Positions 1 to 8,800 of a stretch of 64,000 nucleotides of DNA are shown piece by piece. A program made the translations under genes and the position numbers. The notes beneath the pieces were generated by a model. That model was given only the letters and a program-made list of their open reading frames with translations, ran no database searches and had not been told where the DNA came from. Source of the DNA: Candidatus Nomurabacteria bacterium. Lineage in GTDB: Bacteria; Patescibacteriota; Minisyncoccia; Phycocordibacterales; UBA9973. Each line of letters opens with the position of its first letter. Position 1 is the first letter of the stretch. The stretch lies in the NCBI GenBank assembly GCA_023267195.1, contig JAHFNT010000002.1:23830-87829 (forward strand). Direction: 5' to 3'.

Positions 1-8
1 GCAGTGTT

Positions 9-1802
9 TTGGCTATTTTAATTTATGCTTTTCTCTACCTAAGCGGAAAGGAGGCGCTGGGCAAAGAAATCTTAAAATGGGTGCTTTTTCTAGGCTCAAT
101 ACCGCTTTGGTATAACTTGATAAAAGAAATATTTAAAAAGAATTTCGGTGTTGACTTGATAGCTGGGGTTGCTCTATTTTCAACATTTTTCTTTGACCAA
201 TATTTAGCCGGAATGATAATTCTTTTAATGCTTTCTGGGGGAGAAGCCCTAGAGAGCTACGCTATGTTACGAGCGCGCCGAGACCTTTCTTCGCTATTAT
301 CCAGAGCTCCCAATAAGGCTCATGTGGCAGACGATGGACACATAAGAGATGTACCGATAGAGGAAGTAATCATCGGAGATAAAATAATAGTAAAGCCGGG
401 AGAAGTTGTACCAATAGATGGTATCGTTGAGGAGGGAAAGACTTTTATTGATGAGTCAACCCTCTCCGGTGAAAGCGAGCCAATAGAAAAAAATACTGGT
501 TCCTTGGTGTTTTCCGGAACTATAAATAAAAATGGAAACATAAAGATCAAAGCCACTAGACTCGCTAAAGAAAGCTCTTATGCGCATATAGTAGATCTCG
601 TTAGAAAAGCAGAACAAAGCCGAGCTCCGCTCGTGCGTCTGGCGGACCGCTACAGTGCCTATTTCACCGTTATTACTTTTCTATTTGCGGGGGGAACATG
701 GTTTTTGACGCACGACGTAATTAGAATGCTGGCAGTTTTAGTCGTGGCCACACCTTGTCCGCTCATTTTAGCCACCCCAATCGCTTTAATTTCAGGAATG
801 AGCAAAACAACGGCCCATGGCGTAATAGTGAAATCTGGGGGCGCGCTAGAAAAACTAGCTGAGGCAAAAAGTTTCTTATTTGACAAAACTGGAACAGTTA
901 CCCTAGGTACTCCTATGGTTACCCGAGTACTTTCTTATGAAGGTAAAGAGGATGAAGTTGTGCGAATTGCCAGCTCACTTGACCAGCTCTCTGCTCACGT
1001 GCTGGCGTCAGCCATGGTTTTTGAAGCGCAAAAAAGAAAATTAAAACTTTCATTTCCTACGGAGTTCAGAGAGGAATTCGGCGATGGTGTCACTGGGAAA
1101 ATTGATAATATCAAATACGTTTTTGGGAAATTTTCATATATTTGCAAACTTGTTCCAACGCTACCGGAAAATATTAAAAAAGATTATGAAAAATTTCAAG
1201 AAGAGGGGAAGTCTGTCGTATTTTTGGCTCGCGAAAATAATATTATTGGATATATTGTTCTTGATGACATCCTACGCGAAGATTCACATGATTTATTTGA
1301 TGGATTACGCATGGATGGTATTAAAAAAATCTTTTTACTTTCCGGAGATAAACAAAAAGTGGCTGATAAAATTGGGAAAATTTTAAAGATCAGAGAAATT
1401 TATGCTGAATGTAAACCAGAAGACAAGCTGCGCATTATTAAAGAAATACCAGACATATACAGACCGGTCGTTATGGTGGGTGATGGAATAAATGACGCTC
1501 CCGCACTAGCGCAAGCCGAGGTTGGAATCGCTTTAGGTTCGCGCGGGAAAACTGCTTCAAGTGATAGCGCTGACATAGTAGTATTAGGAGAGGGAATCGG
1601 ACCAATTAGAGATGTTTATCACATAGCAAAAAAGACTCTCGCGGTCGCCAAACAGGGTATCTTTATCGGTATTGGCCTGAGCATCGGGGCAATGGTTCTC
1701 GGTAGTTTAGGTATCATTTCTCCTCTAGCGGGAGCTTTAATCCAGGAGGGGATAGATGTGGTAGTTATTATTAATGCCTTGCGCGTCTCACAGATAATTT
1801 AA
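9..1802 (+). CDS. P1B-type heavy-metal translocating P-type ATPase (5' partial; N-terminus lies outside the window)
   Basis: The ORF runs to the window edge with no start. It carries the CPC transmembrane metal-binding motif (ATPCPLILATP), the DKTGT phosphorylation motif (FDKTGTVTLG) and the GDGINDAP hinge motif. Confidence 0.85.
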   Translation: MAILIYAFLYLSGKEALGKEILKWVLFLGSIPLWYNLIKEIFKKNFGVDLIAGVALFSTFFFDQYLAGMIILLMLSGGEALESYAMLRARRDLSSLLSRAPNKAHVADDGHIRDVPIEEVIIGDKIIVKPGEVVPIDGIVEEGKTFIDESTLSGESEPIEKNTGSLVFSGTINKNGNIKIKATRLAKESSYAHIVDLVRKAEQSRAPLVRLADRYSAYFTVITFLFAGGTWFLTHDVIRMLAVLVVATPCPLILATPIALISGMSKTTAHGVIVKSGGALEKLAEAKSFLFDKTGTVTLGTPMVTRVLSYEGKEDEVVRIASSLDQLSAHVLASAMVFEAQKRKLKLSFPTEFREEFGDGVTGKIDNIKYVFGKFSYICKLVPTLPENIKKDYEKFQEEGKSVVFLARENNIIGYIVLDDILREDSHDLFDGLRMDGIKKIFLLSGDKQKVADKIGKILKIREIYAECKPEDKLRIIKEIPDIYRPVVMVGDGINDAPALAQAEVGIALGSRGKTASSDSADIVVLGEGIGPIRDVYHIAKKTLAVAKQGIFIGIGLSIGAMVLGSLGIISPLAGALIQEGIDVVVIINALRVSQII

Positions 1803-2341
1803 AAACTCTCCAAAGGGAACAAAACTGTTTTTAAATTCGGACATTTAGCTAGATCAATGTCTTCAATAAATTTTTGTTTATCATCAATGAATATAACTTT
1901 TTCGTTTTTATTTTGAGCACAAATTTTTTCCACAATTTCTTTTTTAGAACCAGGAACGATGTAAATTTCCTTGAATAAATCACCGATACTGCTGTATTTT
2001 ATTTTATCAGAATTAAATTCTTGCTCCCCATTTGTTATGATATAGCAGTTTTCTTTTCCTATTTTTTTTACCTTATCAATCAATGAAGTATTAACAAATT
2101 TAGAGCATTCAGTCATTATTTTTTTATATACTTCATTTATTTCTGATTTATTTATACCATTACGGTCAAAAAGGATGTTAATAAAATTCTTTAATGAAAA
2201 TTCTTTTTCTCTAACCTCCAAATAGTACGCGCGAGCTTCATGCTCCTCTACTCCAGCTTCCGCAAGCGTAGAAAACATATGTTTTTTGAACTGAGCTGTA
2301 TTGTTAAACAACACATCATCAAAATCAAAAATATATTTCAT
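1799..2341 (-). CDS. HAD-superfamily hydrolase
   Basis: The N-terminal DxD motif (MKYIFDFDDVLFNNT) is typical of HAD phosphatases. The likely start is the internal Met at 2341 rather than the ORF-track start at 2386, which would overlap the upstream gene. Confidence 0.55.
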   Translation of the reverse strand: MKYIFDFDDVLFNNTAQFKKHMFSTLAEAGVEEHEARAYYLEVREKEFSLKNFINILFDRNGINKSEINEVYKKIMTECSKFVNTSLIDKVKKIGKENCYIITNGEQEFNSDKIKYSSIGDLFKEIYIVPGSKKEIVEKICAQNKNEKVIFIDDKQKFIEDIDLAKCPNLKTVLFPLESF

Positions 2342-2352
2342 AATCAATTTTA

Positions 2353-3360
2353 TTAATTGTTTTTTTCTATTATCTTCTTGATGCAATCGGCTAATTTTTC
2401 CGAGTCATGACGAATGAAACTTCTTGAATCTCGTATTTTATCGGCTTTTCCATAAGTAAAAAATAAGTGTGACAATAGGGGTTCTCTGATAACCCTAGAG
2501 TCTTTAAAATCATCAGCGACCAAAACCCCATCTCCCTCCTCTAGTTTGTACCGTTCCTCTTGTTCCTTCGAAGGCGTTTCTGTGTTAACTAAAATGTAAT
2601 CAATAATTTTACCTAGATACTTCTCCATAACATTTACATAATTGCTGACTTTCCAGTGCATTGTGTGCCCTTGTTTATTAGTAAGATTAACCGGCAATAT
2701 TATTTTTGCCTTGCTTGCCAATAAAGCCTCACGAAAACCATCTACGATTAGACTCGGAATTATAGAAGTATAATAATCTCCCGGACCTAGGACAATATAA
2801 TCTGCCTCTATTAAGGCTTTCTTGGCGCTCTCATTTAAAGCCACGTTGTTTTCATAAAAAATTTTATCAATGCCTATATCTTGAAAATTATAATGGTCGA
2901 TGTTGGTTTCGCCTAGAATCAAGGAACCGTCTTTGAGCAACATGGATAAATGCGCCCTATCTTTGGTTATGGGTATCACTTTCCCTTTTACTTTTAAAAT
3001 ATCTGACGCTATTTCAACCCCTGTGGCAAAATCGCCAGTTACCCTCTCTAGGGCAAGGAGCAATATATTTCCAAAAGAATGGCTCGCTAAAAACCCTTCT
3101 TCAAATCTATAATTCATGAGCTTGCGGATAACTTCAGGGTGGTCACTAAGGGCAGAAAGACACAATCGCACATCACTTGGAGGCAATACTCCAAATTCAT
3201 CTCTCAGTATTTTGTTGGAACCCCCATCGTCCGCCATAGAGACAATAGCCGAAATAGAAATACCAGGTATATTTTTTAATCCAGATAAAATAGTATAACC
3301 TCCAGTACCTCCGCTCACAGTAACTATGTTTTTCATAAATAATTTGTCTTTAATGTTCAC
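2353..3360 (-). CDS. YvcK/CofD-family protein (gluconeogenesis factor / 2-phospho-L-lactate transferase-like, UPF0052)
   Basis: The N-terminus reads VTVSGGTGGYTILSGLK...SMADDGGSNKILRDEFGVLPPSDVRLCL, which is diagnostic for the YvcK/CofD fold. An alternative start at the second Met (MKNIVTVSGG, 3336) is possible. Confidence 0.8.
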   Translation of the reverse strand: MNIKDKLFMKNIVTVSGGTGGYTILSGLKNIPGISISAIVSMADDGGSNKILRDEFGVLPPSDVRLCLSALSDHPEVIRKLMNYRFEEGFLASHSFGNILLLALERVTGDFATGVEIASDILKVKGKVIPITKDRAHLSMLLKDGSLILGETNIDHYNFQDIGIDKIFYENNVALNESAKKALIEADYIVLGPGDYYTSIIPSLIVDGFREALLASKAKIILPVNLTNKQGHTMHWKVSNYVNVMEKYLGKIIDYILVNTETPSKEQEERYKLEEGDGVLVADDFKDSRVIREPLLSHLFFTYGKADKIRDSRSFIRHDSEKLADCIKKIIEKNN

Positions 3361-3378
3361 ATATTATACTATATCTAA

Positions 3379-6255
3379 ATGATTTCAAGGATATATGTGG
3401 CAGACAAGAAAGATCCAAAATTTGTGCAGTCATACCTCTTCACGCACTTCTTTTCCCCCCAAGAACTTACTAGAATTGCTAACGCGCTCACTAATCCGGT
3501 TTTAGAAAATTTTTCTATTAACTCATTTCCCAAGATTAAGAAAACTTTTGCCATGGAGATTGGCTTCAAGCCAGGTGTCACAGATAATGTGGCAAAAACA
3601 GTAAAAGAAACTGTTGTTGATCTCTTTCGGGGTAAGGCAAAACCATTTGAAATATATTCTTCTAAAATTTATTTTACTGAAACATCTTATAATCCGCTCA
3701 TTGAGCGAGCGCACATAGCTCTGAAAAAACACGGGGTAATTCATTTCCCTCTTGAAATTCCGAAGGTGGTTTTAAAAAAAGAAACACCAGTAATAAATAT
3801 CGATTTGGCAGTTTCCGATGAAGAGCTTCTGAAAATTAGCAGGGAGGGAGTAGCAAATAAAGATGGCCACGCCAAAGGACGGGCAGGCACTAGGCGTGGG
3901 CCACTGGCTCTTGATTTAGCATCAATGAAAACGATTCAGGAATATTTTAAAAAATTAAAAAGAAAGCCGACAGATATTGAATTGGAATCCTTGGCGCAAA
4001 CCTGGTCTGAACACTGCAAACATACTATTTTTGCCAACCCTATAGATGAAATAAAAGATGGCTTATATAAAACATACATTAAGGGTGCAACAAATTTAAT
4101 TCGTAAACAAAAAGTAGGCAAGGGGCAGCAAGATTTTTGTGTTTCGGTATTCAGTGACAATTCCGGCGGAATAATTTTTGATAAAGATTATTTGATTACC
4201 CATAAAGTAGAGACCCACAACAGCCCTTCAGCGCTGGATCCTTTTGGAGGAGCTATTACTGGAATAGTGGGAGTAAATCGCGACACTATTGGCTTCGGAC
4301 TCGGCGCCAAGCCGGTTGCGAATGTTTATGGTTTTTGTTTTGGATATCCCGAAGACAAAAAAAGATTTTTTAAAGATAAAAATTTACAGGAGGAAATGCT
4401 TCCACCAAAAAGAATTATAGATGGAGTAATTAAAGGCATAAATACTGGGGGCAATTGTTCGGGCATTCCAACCCTGTCTGGTTTTGTAAAATTTGATGAT
4501 AGATATCGCGCTAAACCTTTGGTTTTTGCTGGAACTGTAGGGTTAATTCCTAAAAAAATAAATGGTAAACCTTCGCATATGAAAAAAGCGGGGGTTGGCG
4601 ATTATGTAGTAGTGGTTGGTGGAAGAGTCGGTTTAGACGGGATTCACGGCGCGACATTCTCTTCAGTCGCAATGGATGCTAATTCACCCGCTACAGCGGT
4701 GCAAATAGGCGACCCAATAACTCAAAAGAAATTAAGTGATGCGATAATAAAAGAAGCAAGAGATCTAAGTTTATACACCAGTATCACTGACGACGGCGCT
4801 GGAGGATTGTCTTGTTCCGTGGCTGAAATGGCAAAGGAATCCGGCGGAGCAGAAGTTGATTTAGAAAAAGTGCCGCTTAAATATCCCGGTCTGCGCCCTT
4901 GGGAAATTTGGATTTCAGAATCACAGGAGCGCATGACGTTGTCTGTACCGAAAGATAAATGGAAAACTTTCCAGAAATTAATGGATAAAAGGGGGGTAGA
5001 AGCAACCATCATCGGAAAATTTACAAATTCTGGGAAATGTATCGTTAATTATAAAGGCAAAAAAATTATGGATATGGATATGGAATTCTTGCATGATGGA
5101 TTGCCGAAACATAATTTAACAACAGAAGCCATTTTACCCCTACCCAACCTCCCCCTTGGTAAGGGGGAGGAGAAAGGAGGGGGTCTAACCCAGACTCTAG
5201 AAAATTTACTTGCTCAAAAAAACATTTCTGGCTTTTCTTTTATCTCCGAGCAATACGATCACGAAGTGCAAGGAACATCTGTGTTGAAACCTCTCTCTGG
5301 GCGAGGCCGGATAAATACTGATGCGCAAGTTTTCAGGCCAGTTTTTAATTCAAATAAAGGAGTTGTGTTAACTTCTAGCACTTATCCTTCGTATGGAGAT
5401 ATTAGCACCTACCACATGGCTGCCTGTGCTATTGACACAGCCATAAGAAACATAGTTACCGCTGGCGGTAAACTTTCCCATTTAGCAATATTGGACAATT
5501 TCTGCTGGTGTTCGTCTAATGATCCTAGACGCCTAGCTCAGCTTAAAGATGCTGTGAAGGCTTGTTACGACTATGCTGTAGGATATAGTACACCATTTAT
5601 TTCTGGTAAGGACAGCATGTTTAATGATTTCAAAGGATACGACGAAAAGGGCAACCCTGTGGCTATTTCTATTCCTCCAACACTGCTTATTTCTGCTATT
5701 AGTGTTATGCCCAATTTACACAAAACAATCTCTCCTGAATTTAAAAAGGCTGGCGATATAATTTATTTGCTTGGAGAAACAAAGGACGAACTTGGTGGAG
5801 GAGAATATTTAAAAATGCTTGGAGTTGTTGGAAATAATGTGCCAAAAGTAAATTTAGAAAAAAACCTAAAAACATATCTGGTGCTGGAAAAAGCAATAGA
5901 AAAAGAACTCGTAGCTTCCGCACTTTCTGTAACTTCTGGTGGTATAGGAGTCGCGTTAGCTAAAGCATGCATTGGCGGAATGCTTGGTTGTAAAATCTCT
6001 TTAGACTCCATAGGCAAAGCCTACGGGGTGGATGTAAAATTGTTTTCCGAAAGCCAAGGGAGAATTTTAGTTTCAGTCCCTCCTAAAAATATTCCTGCAT
6101 TCGAAAAAATTATAAAAAATATTCCTCACACCAATTTAGGTAAGATTATAAAGGACGGAAAAATCATTGTAACGGCTGGAAAAAATAAAATTTTAGAAAC
6201 AAAAGTAAAAAAACTGCACAATGTTTATCATAGCTTTTCAGATAGTATGAAATAA
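3379..6255 (+). CDS. purL: Phosphoribosylformylglycinamidine synthase subunit PurL with fused PurS-like N-terminal domain
   Basis: PurL/AIR-synthase-related motifs are present (TGIVGVNRDTIGFGLGAKPVANVYGFCFGYPE; GGRVGLDGIHGATFSS). The PurS-like segment begins around MEIGFKPGVTDNVAKTV at 3553. The first 58 codons (3379-3552) have no recognisable similarity, so the true start may be 3553. Confidence 0.85.
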   Translation: MISRIYVADKKDPKFVQSYLFTHFFSPQELTRIANALTNPVLENFSINSFPKIKKTFAMEIGFKPGVTDNVAKTVKETVVDLFRGKAKPFEIYSSKIYFTETSYNPLIERAHIALKKHGVIHFPLEIPKVVLKKETPVINIDLAVSDEELLKISREGVANKDGHAKGRAGTRRGPLALDLASMKTIQEYFKKLKRKPTDIELESLAQTWSEHCKHTIFANPIDEIKDGLYKTYIKGATNLIRKQKVGKGQQDFCVSVFSDNSGGIIFDKDYLITHKVETHNSPSALDPFGGAITGIVGVNRDTIGFGLGAKPVANVYGFCFGYPEDKKRFFKDKNLQEEMLPPKRIIDGVIKGINTGGNCSGIPTLSGFVKFDDRYRAKPLVFAGTVGLIPKKINGKPSHMKKAGVGDYVVVVGGRVGLDGIHGATFSSVAMDANSPATAVQIGDPITQKKLSDAIIKEARDLSLYTSITDDGAGGLSCSVAEMAKESGGAEVDLEKVPLKYPGLRPWEIWISESQERMTLSVPKDKWKTFQKLMDKRGVEATIIGKFTNSGKCIVNYKGKKIMDMDMEFLHDGLPKHNLTTEAILPLPNLPLGKGEEKGGGLTQTLENLLAQKNISGFSFISEQYDHEVQGTSVLKPLSGRGRINTDAQVFRPVFNSNKGVVLTSSTYPSYGDISTYHMAACAIDTAIRNIVTAGGKLSHLAILDNFCWCSSNDPRRLAQLKDAVKACYDYAVGYSTPFISGKDSMFNDFKGYDEKGNPVAISIPPTLLISAISVMPNLHKTISPEFKKAGDIIYLLGETKDELGGGEYLKMLGVVGNNVPKVNLEKNLKTYLVLEKAIEKELVASALSVTSGGIGVALAKACIGGMLGCKISLDSIGKAYGVDVKLFSESQGRILVSVPPKNIPAFEKIIKNIPHTNLGKIIKDGKIIVTAGKNKILETKVKKLHNVYHSFSDSMK

Positions 6256-6285
6256 TCACATATCAGCCATGGCGTATATGTAAAT

Positions 6286-8028
6286 ATGACACAAAAAACA
6301 GAAAACCGAATATGCCAAAATTGTAAAAAAGATTTCGTCATTGAGCCGGAAGATTTTAATTTTTATGAAAAAATAAAAGTCCCTCCGCCAACTTTTTGCG
6401 CTGACTGTCGAGCGCAAAGAAGAATGAGTTTTATGAATGAACGAACTCTCTATAAAAGAAAATGTGATCTGACGGGTGGATCAATAATTTCTCTTTTTCC
6501 TGAAAATTCTGAAGTACCTGTGTATTCTCCTAAAGCGTGGTGGAGCGATGAATGGAATGCAATGGACTATGGACAAGAGTATGACTTTTCAAAACCTTTT
6601 TTTGAACAATTTAGTAAACTTTTGAGGCGAGTTCCGCAGTTTGCTCTCCAAAATCAATACACCACCCTGATTCGTACAGAATACGTGAATATGGGCACAA
6701 ATCTAAAAGACTGTTATATGGTATTCAATACTTCGTACAGCGAAGAATCAGCCTATACAACCTTTTTCCTGCATGGTAAAAAGTGTTTTGACATTTACAA
6801 AGGTGAAAAGCTTGAGCTTTGTTATGAAAGCTCACGACTGCATCAGTGTTATCGAGCTTTATACTGTGAGGATTCAGCCGATAGTTTTGATATTTCTTTT
6901 TCATACGACTTAAGAAATTGCAATAACTGTTTCGGGTGTTCGGGGTTGGTAGGCAAATCTTATTGTATTTTTAATCAACAACATACGAAAGAAGAATATG
7001 TTGAAGAAATTAAAAAATATAATCTTGGATCATACAAGACCGTAGAAGAGATAAAAAAGAAAGCAGAAAAAATAAGACAAACGCTTCCGAGAAGATTCAT
7101 GGAAGCAAGTCATAATGTAAATATAACTGGAAACAGGATATATAATTCCAAAAATTCTTATAACTGCTTTGAGGTAAACGGTCTTGAAAATAGTAAGTAT
7201 TGCCAATTTGTATATTACAAACCCGCACGGGATTGTTACGATATGACTTTGTGGGGACAAAATGCAACACGTGTTTATGAGTGTATGGGAGCGGGAGACA
7301 GCCAGGATATGATTAAGTTTTCCTTTGATTGTTGGGCGCCCGCAACGAACATTGAGTACTCGTATCACATTACTACACAAAATAAAAATCTTTTTGGTTG
7401 TGTTGGATTAAAAAATAAAGATTACTGTATTCTTAACAAGCAGTACACAAAAGAAGAGTACGAGGAGATGATTCCTAAAATAAAAAAACATATGGATGAA
7501 ATGCCTTACATAGATAAACGAGGGGTAGTTTACAAGTACGGAGAATTTTTCCCTTCAGAAATTTCACTTTTTGCCTATAATGAAAGTTTTGCTAATAGTT
7601 ACTTTCCTTTAGTGGAAGAAGAAGCAATTAAAAAAGGTTTCAGATGGAAAGAGATATCTATAAATAAATATGAGATTACCGTTACGGCCAAAGACTTGCC
7701 AGACGATATCAAGGACGTTGATGAGCCAATTTTAAACCAAGTTATTGAATGTGAAATTTCTAAACGGGCATTTCGCATAACCCCCTCAGAATTTCAATTC
7801 TACAAATCTATGAATATTCCACTTCCACGCCTTCATCCAGATGAACGCCATAAAAACAGATTAAGCAGAGAAAATCCACTGAAGCTCTGGCATAGAACTT
7901 GTATGTGCGATAAGGCAAATCATTATAATCATACAAGTCAATGCGAAGTAGAATTTGAAACAAGTTATGCGCCAGAGCGGCCAGAAATTATATACTGTGA
8001 AAAGTGTTATCAACAAGAAGTATATTAA
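6286..8028 (+). CDS. Cysteine-rich multi-zinc-ribbon protein, paralog P1 of a 5-member family of unknown function
   Basis: N-terminal zinc ribbon: CQNCKKDFVIEPEDFNFYEKIKVPPPTFCADCRAQRR. Duplicated core: NCNNCFGCSGLVGKSYCIFNQQHTKEEY and LFGCVGLKNKDYCILNKQYTKEEY. Also KHMDEMPYIDKRGVVYKYGEFFP and the C-terminus ETSYAPERPEIIYCEKCYQQEVY, all shared with P2-P5. Confidence 0.8.
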   Translation: MTQKTENRICQNCKKDFVIEPEDFNFYEKIKVPPPTFCADCRAQRRMSFMNERTLYKRKCDLTGGSIISLFPENSEVPVYSPKAWWSDEWNAMDYGQEYDFSKPFFEQFSKLLRRVPQFALQNQYTTLIRTEYVNMGTNLKDCYMVFNTSYSEESAYTTFFLHGKKCFDIYKGEKLELCYESSRLHQCYRALYCEDSADSFDISFSYDLRNCNNCFGCSGLVGKSYCIFNQQHTKEEYVEEIKKYNLGSYKTVEEIKKKAEKIRQTLPRRFMEASHNVNITGNRIYNSKNSYNCFEVNGLENSKYCQFVYYKPARDCYDMTLWGQNATRVYECMGAGDSQDMIKFSFDCWAPATNIEYSYHITTQNKNLFGCVGLKNKDYCILNKQYTKEEYEEMIPKIKKHMDEMPYIDKRGVVYKYGEFFPSEISLFAYNESFANSYFPLVEEEAIKKGFRWKEISINKYEITVTAKDLPDDIKDVDEPILNQVIECEISKRAFRITPSEFQFYKSMNIPLPRLHPDERHKNRLSRENPLKLWHRTCMCDKANHYNHTSQCEVEFETSYAPERPEIIYCEKCYQQEVY

Positions 8029-8029
8029 A

Positions 8030-8800
8030 ATGAAACACAATAAACCAAAAATTATAATTTTATCCGGATATGGGTTGAACTGCGAGGAAGAAACAAAGTT
8101 CGCTTTTGAGTGGGTGGGTGGCAACGTGAATATTGTACACATTAACGATCTTATAGCGAAGCCAGGGATGCTTAAAGAATATGACATTATGGTTTTCCCG
8201 GGTGGATTTTCGTATGGAGATGATACTGGGAGCGGAAAAGCTTATGCTAATAAATTTAAAAATCATTTAGCAAAAGAACTCGCGGAATTTTTATCGCGCG
8301 ATACGCTAGTGATTGGTATTTGTAACGGATTTCAAATCATCACCAATCTCGGAATTTTACCCGGTGGACTTACGTATAATAAAAATGAAAAATATTTAGA
8401 TAGGTGGGTTGACTTGGAAGTAAAAGGCGAGAGCCCTTGGCTTTCCGGAATTAAAAAAATATCACTGCCAATCGCGCACGGCGAGGGACATTATGTTATT
8501 TCCCAAAAAGAATATAAAGAAATGGAAAAAAGAAAACAAATTGCTTTTACTTATACTAAGGGAGAAATCTGTAATTTTCAAAACTTAGAGAAAAACCCAA
8601 ACGGTTCTGATTATGACATTGCTGGAGTTTTGGCATATAATGGCAGGGTACTGGGGCTTATGCCACACCCAGAACGTGCAATGTTTCCACACCAGAGCCC
8701 GCTTTGGCAAATGAACAAAACTAAACAAAAGGAGGGGGCAGGTTTACAGATTTTTAAAAACGCAATTAATTATTTCAGAAAAAATAAGCGACGAAAATGA
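8030..8800 (+). CDS. purQ: Phosphoribosylformylglycinamidine synthase glutaminase subunit PurQ
   Basis: Class-I glutamine amidotransferase: KIIILSGYGLNCEEE...IGICNGFQI (catalytic Cys)...HPER. The start ATG at 8030 lies just after the P1 stop at 8028. The ORF-track extension back to 7955 overlaps P1 and is rejected. Confidence 0.85.
   Translation: MKHNKPKIIILSGYGLNCEEETKFAFEWVGGNVNIVHINDLIAKPGMLKEYDIMVFPGGFSYGDDTGSGKAYANKFKNHLAKELAEFLSRDTLVIGICNGFQIITNLGILPGGLTYNKNEKYLDRWVDLEVKGESPWLSGIKKISLPIAHGEGHYVISQKEYKEMEKRKQIAFTYTKGEICNFQNLEKNPNGSDYDIAGVLAYNGRVLGLMPHPERAMFPHQSPLWQMNKTKQKEGAGLQIFKNAINYFRKNKRRK

Noticed and set aside
3361-3552. Looked for a purine (guanine/adenine), ZTP/pfl or PRPP riboswitch in the purL leader, and in front of prs
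   Set aside because: No conserved riboswitch core motifs were recognisable (no UAUA...GGAUAUGGCCC...ACCGUAAAU, and no GGGUCG...CCGGGC pfl core), so no call is made.
7955-8029. 5' extensions of the purQ (7955), purH (18227) and purB (22294) ORFs given by the six-frame track
   Set aside because: The extensions overlap the preceding genes in another frame and contain no conserved residues. Conserved N-termini (MKHNKPKIIILSGYG; MQKKINSALISVFNKDG; MSLNSISPIDGRY) begin at internal Met codons right after the upstream stop.
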